Shown here one piece after another: positions 9,778 through 16,289 of a stretch of 64,000 bases of DNA. A program made the position numbers and the translations under genes. This DNA comes from an uncultured Gemmatimonadota bacterium (GTDB taxonomy: Bacteria; Latescibacterota; UBA2968; UBA8231): assembly GCA_903893785.1 (NCBI GenBank), contig CAITNQ010000314.1:947-64946 (forward strand), written 5' to 3'. Within the stretch, counting starts at the first letter, position 1; each line of letters begins with the position of its first letter. The notes beneath the pieces are model-generated. The model saw only the letters and a list, made by a program, of their open reading frames with translations. It was not told the origin of the DNA and made no database searches.

Positions 9778-12501
9778 CTAGTAAGCGACCGCAATAAGGC
9801 CCACCTGGCGGTCGATGGGGTGGTCGGACTGGACACGCAGGTCGTACAGGTAGTTGCCCGGTGGTACCAGACGCCCTTGATCGTCGCGCCCGTCCCAGGT
9901 AAGCACCACCTGCCCCGCAGCAGAGCGCTCCGACGGCAGGCGCCGGACGGCTCGCCCGGCCAGGTCGCAGATGGTCAGCTCGGTGGCCACGGGCTCAAGG
10001 ACCAGGTACAGGTCAAAGGTCAAGCGAGTGGCGTCGTTGACGCCGTCGCCATTGGGAGAGAACGGGTTGGGCTGGACCTGGACCCGTCCCCGACCGCCGC
10101 TGATCCCATCGGCTGTGACCAGGACCGCGTTGGTCGACACGTACGGCACGACGTCGCCATCCTGGACGGGCTGGGCGATGACCTCGCCGCGGCTACCGGC
10201 GCGGTCGTTCCAGAGGCGGGCTTCGAAACGGGCCGCGCCGCTGGACAGCCGCGAGCGCAGCACCACCTCCAGGGTCTGCCGGGCACGGAAATCGGCGACC
10301 CCCAGGGGCGGCAGTTTGAGCTGCAGCGTGGCCGGGCCGCCACTGCTCCCGGGGACTACCTGCCAGGCATACTCGCCGCCGCCAACCGTGCTGCCGGGCG
10401 CGGGCGCCAAGCGCCGGGGTTCAGCCGCGGTCAACGCGTCAGGGCCGCTGCCCAGGGCCACCGCCGCCCAAGCGCGCCCGTCGTAACGGACCGAATCCAC
10501 CCCCGAGCGGCTGTCCGGGACGTCGATCTCGAGCCGGTTGAAGCGGGTCGTGTCGGCTGCGGCAAAGTCCGGACGCAGGTAGTAGTGGAAGACCGTCTCC
10601 TGGCCCAGGGGAACGCGGTAGGGGAACACCTCGGCGGCCACCCCATTGCCGACCAACGGGGCGCTGTAGTCAAACTCCAGGTAATCTAGCGATACAGCAC
10701 CGGCGACGGTGCTGTCGAACAACAGGCGGAACTGCACGTAGCGCAGGCCGCCCGGCAGCTGCAGCGGCACCCCGGCCCGGGTCCAGTCGGCGGCCGGCTG
10801 CGCGGTGTCGATCAGCCCGTCGTCGAAGTACAGCGGCGCGGTCCAGTACGTCCACCCTTGCCGCCCATCGGCGCCCAGGTCCACGCCCAGCTCGTTGTAC
10901 ACCAGTTCGCGCTCGGGAATGCGCCCCTCCTTGAGCAGAACCCAGCTCAAGTAGGTCAGCGGGTTGCCGTCTTCGTCGCGGTAATCGGTCTCGTTCGGTC
11001 CGATCCGGCGGGCATACACGTGGGTGTCGGGCGTGTTGCCGGCCCGGAACTGCACGCGCACGTCGCCGCCGTTGCCGATGCGGCGCCCGCGCCAACGGAC
11101 TTTGCCGAAGTTGACCGAGCGTCCCGGCAGGGACGGGAACTGCGCCTCGATGGCGGCGGTAGCGGACGTGGGGAAGAGCTCCAGCAGCCGATCGTAGCGC
11201 CGCGGCCGCGGTCGCGCCCCTCCCAGATCGATTACCTCAGAGGTGTAGGATGCGTCCAGCGGGAAGCCGACGCCCGTCACGCGCGCTTCGGCGGTCTCAA
11301 CCTGGGTCCCCTCGGCGTCCATGGAGACCACGTCCAGGCGGCCCATGCGCACCGGGGGATCGAAACGCAGGTCCTTAATCACCTGCCGCGACTGGTCCTG
11401 ACGCAGTGGCACCAACAGCTTGGTAGGGATGATCTGCTCACGGTCGGTAGAAATCGTCGTCTGGTCGCCGTAGGCGATGTAGTAGCTGGACATGGTAAAG
11501 GCCGGCAGGGACGGGCGCGGCCGGAAGACGATCCGGTTGATGCAGTAATAGCCCATCAGGTTCAGGCTGATACCGCCCCGGTGCATGTTGTAGTAGGGGT
11601 TGCCCGGCACCAGGTTGCTCAAGGAGCCGTTGTTGTACATCGCGGCTCCGCCCATGGCGGTGTTCAGGTCGTTGTCGACCGCGAACTGGTATTCGGTACG
11701 GGCCACCGACGCGCCACCGCCCGGCATGAAGTGATCGCCGGAGACCGGGTCGGCGCCATCGGTGCGGGGCCCGTACTCGCTGGGGACGATCATGAACGGG
11801 TTGGCCAGGTCGGCGCCGGGGACAACGCCGCCGAACTCGCCATGCAGGTAGCGCTGGTTCAGCTCGGTGGCCAGGTTGCGCAGGCTGTCGAGGAAGATGG
11901 GCTGCAGCCAGCTGGCGCCCGCCCGACCGTCGTCACCGCGCCGCTGCGGCCCGTCTTCGTCCACCAGGCCGTCGCCATCGTTGTCCAGGCCGTCGGCCGG
12001 GTCCTCGTCGGTCCGTCCGTCGAAATCGTCGTCGCCGTCGGTGTAGCGCGGGTCCTCGCTCAGCCGGCCGTCTGCGTCGTTGTCCAGCTGAAGGTCCGGG
12101 CCGTCTTCGTCGACCAGCCCGTCCAGGTCCTGGTCAAAGGCCTCCACCGGGTCCTCATCGACGCGGCCGTCACCGTCGTCGTCCCGATTGTTGACCGGGT
12201 CTTCATTGAGCCGGCCATCGCCATCGTTGTCGACCTGCACATCAGGCGGATCCTCATTGACCAAGCCGTCGTCGTCGTTGTCGACCAACTCCACCGGATC
12301 TTCATCGACCAAGCCATCGGCGTCGTCGTCAACCAGGACCTCGCAGGCCCAGCCCCGGCCCCACGTCAGGCGCCCCGTGACGGGCACCAGATTCCAGGGC
12401 TGGTCGCGGTCACCGACGCGCCAACGGCTCAATTCCGCCGATACCATGACCGGGCCGGCCAGACACAGTATTCCGCTAAGCACCGCCGCCAAGTGACGCA
12501 C
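9778..12501 (-). CDS. giant secreted protein B (paralog of 16290-18965): 8x DxDxDG repeats, unknown central region, FlgD-Ig-like C-terminal tail
   Basis: The ORF is open to 12564, but AGGAGG followed by GTG at 12501 gives the signal peptide 'VRHLAAVLSGILCLAGPVMVSAE'. The C-terminus reads 'PNPFSPNGDGVNDATRLTFD...LTWDGRDDQGRLVPPGNYLYDLRV'. It is colinear with protein A over its full length. Confidence 0.85.
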   Translation of the reverse strand: MRHLAAVLSGILCLAGPVMVSAELSRWRVGDRDQPWNLVPVTGRLTWGRGWACEVLVDDDADGLVDEDPVELVDNDDDGLVNEDPPDVQVDNDGDGRLNEDPVNNRDDDGDGRVDEDPVEAFDQDLDGLVDEDGPDLQLDNDADGRLSEDPRYTDGDDDFDGRTDEDPADGLDNDGDGLVDEDGPQRRGDDGRAGASWLQPIFLDSLRNLATELNQRYLHGEFGGVVPGADLANPFMIVPSEYGPRTDGADPVSGDHFMPGGGASVARTEYQFAVDNDLNTAMGGAAMYNNGSLSNLVPGNPYYNMHRGGISLNLMGYYCINRIVFRPRPSLPAFTMSSYYIAYGDQTTISTDREQIIPTKLLVPLRQDQSRQVIKDLRFDPPVRMGRLDVVSMDAEGTQVETAEARVTGVGFPLDASYTSEVIDLGGARPRPRRYDRLLELFPTSATAAIEAQFPSLPGRSVNFGKVRWRGRRIGNGGDVRVQFRAGNTPDTHVYARRIGPNETDYRDEDGNPLTYLSWVLLKEGRIPERELVYNELGVDLGADGRQGWTYWTAPLYFDDGLIDTAQPAADWTRAGVPLQLPGGLRYVQFRLLFDSTVAGAVSLDYLEFDYSAPLVGNGVAAEVFPYRVPLGQETVFHYYLRPDFAAADTTRFNRLEIDVPDSRSGVDSVRYDGRAWAAVALGSGPDALTAAEPRRLAPAPGSTVGGGEYAWQVVPGSSGGPATLQLKLPPLGVADFRARQTLEVVLRSRLSSGAARFEARLWNDRAGSRGEVIAQPVQDGDVVPYVSTNAVLVTADGISGGRGRVQVQPNPFSPNGDGVNDATRLTFDLYLVLEPVATELTICDLAGRAVRRLPSERSAAGQVVLTWDGRDDQGRLVPPGNYLYDLRVQSDHPIDRQVGLIAVAY
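11950..12330 (-). repeat. array of 8 tandem 16-17-aa D-x-D-x-D-G-x-(V/L)-(D/N)-E-D-(P/G) repeats (coding)
   Basis: DDDADGLVDEDP / DNDDDGLVNEDP / DNDGDGRLNEDP / DDDGDGRVDEDP / DQDLDGLVDEDG / DNDADGRLSEDP / DDDFDGRTDEDP / DNDGDGLVDEDG. Confidence 0.8.
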
Positions 12502-12531
12502 GTGCACCTCCTGGTCAGCCAGTACCCTGTG

Positions 12532-12558
12532 GGGTTGGGCGGGCGTGCCGCCCAACCC
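12532..12558 (-). promoter_or_regulatory. intercistronic GC-rich stem-loop upstream of protein B
   Basis: GGGTTGGGCGG-gcgtg-CCGCCCAACCC: a perfect 11-bp stem with a 5-nt loop. It lies between the isomerase stop (12630) and the AGGAGG/GTG start of B. No U-tract. Confidence 0.5.
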
Positions 12559-12629
12559 GGGCAACCATGGGGAAACGAGGGGCGATTGTCAACCCGCAGG
12601 TAACGGCCGGGCAGAACCCCCACGCACGG

Positions 12630-13430
12630 TCAGCGGGTCACCGCGTCCCGGTACTGGCGCAGCACGGCCAGTTCGCGCGGCAAGTGGGTCTCCCAGGCCT
12701 CCCAGTTGATCCATTCGCCGCTGAGGAACCCCGTGTAGTTGATCTCGGCCAACCGCTCGATGGCTCGGCGGTGGTCAATGGCACCGGTCCCCATGGGCAC
12801 CAGGCGCAGCCCGTCGTCATGGGCGCCGTCATGGGCATGGAGGTGGCGGATCCAGGGCTTCAGGGCGGCGAATGACTCATCCACCGTGGCCAGTCCGGTC
12901 CGCACCGGATGCATGACATCCCAGTTCACGGCTACCGCCGGATGGCTGGCCGCCCGCATCACGGCCGCCACGTGATGAGGGTCACACCAGTCGTCGTGGG
13001 TCTCCATGCACAGAGAAACGCCGGCCGCCTGGGCCTGGTCGGCCACGGCCAGCAGCGAGGCCACCACGGTCTCGGTAGCTTCGGGACGGCCGACACCGGC
13101 CGGTATGGGGCCACCGAAAACGCGGACACAGGGCGCGCCCAGGGCCGCCGCCAGGTCAACGGCGCGCCGGGCGTCTTCACGCTGGACCGCGGCCTGGCCG
13201 GCGTCGGCGAACTGGCAGGACGTGGCGATACAGGCGAACACCACGCCGGATTCCGCGGCCAACCGTCGAGCCTCGGTGCGATAGGCAGGGGTGGAGTCGA
13301 ACTCCAGGCCATGGCCATGGCCGCAGGCGACCCGGGGTTCGATGCCGTCGTACCCCAACCGGGCTGCCGCGGCCAGGGTGTCCTGCAGGCTCAACTCTGG
13401 GGTGGAGAAAGTCATGAAGGCGAACTTCAT
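12630..13430 (-). CDS. sugar phosphate isomerase/epimerase (xylose-isomerase-like TIM barrel)
   Basis: 'MKFAFMTFSTPELSLQDTLAAAARLGYDGIEPR', '...CMETHDDW...' and 'HLHAHDG' are metal-ligand motifs typical of the AP-endonuclease-2/xylose-isomerase-like fold. AGGAG RBS 6 nt before the ATG at 13430. Confidence 0.85.
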   Translation of the reverse strand: MKFAFMTFSTPELSLQDTLAAAARLGYDGIEPRVACGHGHGLEFDSTPAYRTEARRLAAESGVVFACIATSCQFADAGQAAVQREDARRAVDLAAALGAPCVRVFGGPIPAGVGRPEATETVVASLLAVADQAQAAGVSLCMETHDDWCDPHHVAAVMRAASHPAVAVNWDVMHPVRTGLATVDESFAALKPWIRHLHAHDGAHDDGLRLVPMGTGAIDHRRAIERLAEINYTGFLSGEWINWEAWETHLPRELAVLRQYRDAVTR

Positions 13431-13534
13431 TGCGCTCTCCTGGGAGCAAAGGCGTGGCGCCGGAACCGCAGGCCGGCAGCAGCGCAACGCCGATTGGGGT
13501 GACCGCCCTGTGGGCCTTCCACGCAGGGCCCGGA

Positions 13535-14593
13535 TCAGGCGTCAATCTCGACCGCAGTCCCGGTGCTGGCAGACCGGTACACGGCGTCGGTAATGGTCTG
13601 CACCAGCAGGGCACGCCGCAGGTCGGTCCGCGGCGGCGCACCGGTAAGGATGGCATGGGCGAAGTCGGTCACGGGGCCACTGTGGACGACGGCGTAGTCT
13701 TCGGTCTGGTCCCAGACCGGGTGCGACACCACGCCCTGGTCTGAAGTGCCCTCGTCGTGCCACACCGCTGGCCCGCCCTGGGCCGTCATCGCCAACCGCA
13801 GGGAACCCCGTTCACCGATGATGGCCCAGGCCGACTGGCCGGTGGTCGGCATGTACTCACCGCGTTCGAGCGAGATGACCGTACCGCCGTCGCACAGCAG
13901 CAGGCCCGTGTAGTGCGACTCGGCATCGGATCCCGGCGCCACATGGTCGCGGAAGGGCTCGCCCACCGGCCAGGCCGCCGCCAGGCAGCGACGCGGCCGG
14001 AGCGACCAACCCGTGATCGTCATCAGGTAGTCCAGGTCATAACAACCCCAGTTGCACAGGATGCCGCCACCGTTGCGTTCGCGGCTCAGGCGCCAGTCCG
14101 GCGGCGATGTCGCCGGCGGTGGGCCGGCAGGACTGAAGTTCCGGCAGTATACCGTGCGCAACCGTCCCAGGGCCCCGGATGCCACCACGGCTGCCGCGGC
14201 CTGGGTCGAGGAAAGAGTGGCGTAGCGCGAGGAGCAGCTCGCCGCCACCCGCGGTCCCTGGGCCGCCAGGTAGGCCCTCAGACGCTGGCAACTGACCGCC
14301 GTCGGCTTCTCAATCAGGACGTGTTTGCCGGCCCGCAGTGCCACCTCCGGCAGTTCGATGCGGTCGCCGGCCGGAACGGCCAGCACCACTGCTTCCACAG
14401 CGGGATCGGCCAGCAGATCCAGGCCTTCGGAGTGCAGACACTGGACCCCGAAATTCTGCCGCGCGGCCTCCCTACGGGCCGCGATCCGGTCGGCGACCGC
14501 CACCACCTCTATATCAGGACAGGCCGTCGCGGCCTGCAGATGATGGGTACCGATGACGCCGCAGCCGATGATGCCCAACCGAACTCTCCCCAC
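13535..14593 (-). CDS. Gfo/Idh/MocA-family oxidoreductase
   Basis: 'VRLGIIGCGVIGTHH' Rossmann motif and 'GKHVLIEKP'. The GTG at 14593 is preceded by GGAGGAGG. The upstream part of the ORF (to 14779) is Arg/Gly-rich and overlaps the next gene. Confidence 0.85.
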   Translation of the reverse strand: MGRVRLGIIGCGVIGTHHLQAATACPDIEVVAVADRIAARREAARQNFGVQCLHSEGLDLLADPAVEAVVLAVPAGDRIELPEVALRAGKHVLIEKPTAVSCQRLRAYLAAQGPRVAASCSSRYATLSSTQAAAAVVASGALGRLRTVYCRNFSPAGPPPATSPPDWRLSRERNGGGILCNWGCYDLDYLMTITGWSLRPRRCLAAAWPVGEPFRDHVAPGSDAESHYTGLLLCDGGTVISLERGEYMPTTGQSAWAIIGERGSLRLAMTAQGGPAVWHDEGTSDQGVVSHPVWDQTEDYAVVHSGPVTDFAHAILTGAPPRTDLRRALLVQTITDAVYRSASTGTAVEIDA

Positions 14594-14661
14594 GACCAGT
14601 ACCTCCTCCCGGTGCAATGGCTGGCCATCGCTCACGATGCGCCCGCCGCCCCTCGCCTGAT

Positions 14662-14679
14662 GCCGTCCCCCTGGACGGC
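14662..14679 (-). other. small stem-loop just after the isomerase stop
   Basis: GCCGTCC-ccct-GGACGGC: 7-bp stem and 4-nt loop, 10 nt downstream of the stop at 14689 on the minus strand. Confidence 0.3.
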
Positions 14680-14688
14680 ACCACCCCT

Positions 14689-15546
14689 TCAGACCGCCAA
14701 CAGGCGGCGCAGATAGGCGCCCTGCCCGCCAACCTTCTCGTCGTCGTCGCCCGGACCGAAGTCCTCCAGCGATAGGCACGCCCCATAGCCAACGGCGCGG
14801 AAATCAGCCACGATCTGAGCGATGTCGGCCACCCCGGCCTGCAGTCCGCAGAACTGCCACTGCCAGGGGGTCTGGCCCTGACCGTCTGCCTGACCGGCCA
14901 CCGGCAGACCATTGCCGATGTGGCAGTGGGCCAGGTACGGGCCCAAGATCTCCATGCCCATGCGGCTGTCCTCGAGCCCCACGCGGACCATGTTGGGGAC
15001 GTCGTAGATGGCGCCGATGCCCGCCGGATCCAGATCGCGCAGGAGTTCGCGGGTGCGGGAACAGCTTACCGCAACGGTGCCCACATGGATCTCGTACAGG
15101 ATCCGGGCCCCGAAGGGCTGCGACGTGGCCAGCAGCGCGGCGTACCCCGCCCGGGCCGCATCGAACTGCGGCAGATAGGGCTGATGGCGGTCGTAGCGGG
15201 CGGCCCCGACGCGGATCATGGGCGGCCGCTCCGGATCGATGGCCACTGCCCCACGAAGGAGTTTGGTCAGTTCACCGTCCTGCCCCAGCTGTACCGCCGG
15301 CGCCAGGGCCGCGACACGCACGCCGGTGGCCGCCGCCGCCGCGCGGATGCGGGGCGCCAGCTGGACCACGTTGTCGGGGCTGACATCGGCCAGATGGCGC
15401 CCCCAGAATGAGGGCGTCGCCGCCGGATCGTCCGGGTTGTACCGACAGCGTAACTCGACCGCCCCATAGCCGTGCGTGGCCAGGCGTTCGAAGGTCTCCT
15501 CCAGCCCCCAACGCGGCAGCATGACTGAGGTGCAGCACAACTCCAT
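14689..15546 (-). CDS. sugar phosphate isomerase/epimerase (xylose-isomerase-like TIM barrel)
   Basis: 'MELCCTSVMLPRWGLEETFERLATHGYGAVELR', 'ILYEIHVGT' and 'HCHIGNG'. AAGGAGG RBS inside the end of the upstream gene. The ATG at 15546 shares one base with the upstream TGA. Confidence 0.85.
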   Translation of the reverse strand: MELCCTSVMLPRWGLEETFERLATHGYGAVELRCRYNPDDPAATPSFWGRHLADVSPDNVVQLAPRIRAAAAATGVRVAALAPAVQLGQDGELTKLLRGAVAIDPERPPMIRVGAARYDRHQPYLPQFDAARAGYAALLATSQPFGARILYEIHVGTVAVSCSRTRELLRDLDPAGIGAIYDVPNMVRVGLEDSRMGMEILGPYLAHCHIGNGLPVAGQADGQGQTPWQWQFCGLQAGVADIAQIVADFRAVGYGACLSLEDFGPGDDDEKVGGQGAYLRRLLAV

Positions 15547-16175
15547 CACCGGTCCTCCTTGGCAGAAGCCACCCGCGCCCCCCAGCGGGGCGCCGCGGCG
15601 ATCAGTTCGATGCACGCGCCCGGATCAACCCCCAGGGCGGTCCCCCACCGCTGCGGCAGCCCAGCCCACCACGCCGCCGCTTCGGGGACAGCCAGCAGAT
15701 GCGTGTGACCCGGGTCATCGCTGGCACCCAAGCCGCGGGCCGGAGCGCGCACCATGGGGTCGTCAGCCAGCACGCCGGCCAACGCCGTCTCACAGCCAAT
15801 CTCGCCCGGAATGGCGATGACGCCAACCAGGGCCGCGGCCGGGTGGTCCAGCAGGTAATCAATGTGCCAGCGTCGGGTCTTGTCGACCGGGGGACGCACC
15901 GAGGCGTCAGCCAGTCCCGCTGCCTTCAGGGCCCACCCCAGGCGGGCCCTGACACGCTGGGCAGAACCGTCGGTGCGCGTGGCATGCCGCAGGAGCCGGC
16001 GGGCCAGGGAGGGAACGCCGGGGCGTCCCAGCGCCGAACCTACGTAGGCGTAGACACCGGCGGCAAGGGGCAGCGCACGCCCGCCTTGGAAGCGGCCGAA
16101 ACCAAGCGCCAACGGGCGCCTTACCCGGATCCGCAAGAGATACGTGCCGCCCTGAACGCGTCGCTCCGCACCCAC
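15546..16175 (-). CDS. DUF123 / GIY-YIG-superfamily (Uri-like) protein
   Basis: 'GTYLLRIRV...GVYAYVGSALG...RRLLRH...RRWHIDYLLDHP' matches the DUF123 signature as I remember it (GxYxYVGSA ... HWHIDYL). AGGAGGG plus 5 nt precedes the GTG at 16175; the ORF is open to 16214. Confidence 0.75.
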   Translation of the reverse strand: MGAERRVQGGTYLLRIRVRRPLALGFGRFQGGRALPLAAGVYAYVGSALGRPGVPSLARRLLRHATRTDGSAQRVRARLGWALKAAGLADASVRPPVDKTRRWHIDYLLDHPAAALVGVIAIPGEIGCETALAGVLADDPMVRAPARGLGASDDPGHTHLLAVPEAAAWWAGLPQRWGTALGVDPGACIELIAAAPRWGARVASAKEDR

Positions 16176-16232
16176 CTTGTCCCTCCTGCAGGACGGCGCC
16201 GGGCCGGGCGGCACACGGCCTGGCGGTGTCCG

Positions 16233-16278
16233 GCCCGCCCCGGCGCCCCAGGGCGCGGCAGGCCGGGCCGGGGCGGGC
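16233..16278 (-). promoter_or_regulatory. intercistronic GC-only stem-loop after protein A
   Basis: GCCCGCCCCGGC ... GCCGGGGCGGGC: a perfect 12-bp stem with a ~22-nt loop, starting 12 nt after the stop of protein A (16290). No U-tract. Confidence 0.45.
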
Positions 16279-16289
16279 GCGCGGCGGGG

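Noticed and set aside
15546-16175. DUF123/GIY-YIG gene as a homing endonuclease or mobile element
   Set aside because: There are no flanking inverted or direct repeats, no intron or intein context, no integrase or transposase, and the gene is translationally coupled to a metabolic gene. It is treated as an ordinary CDS, though flagged as an odd context.
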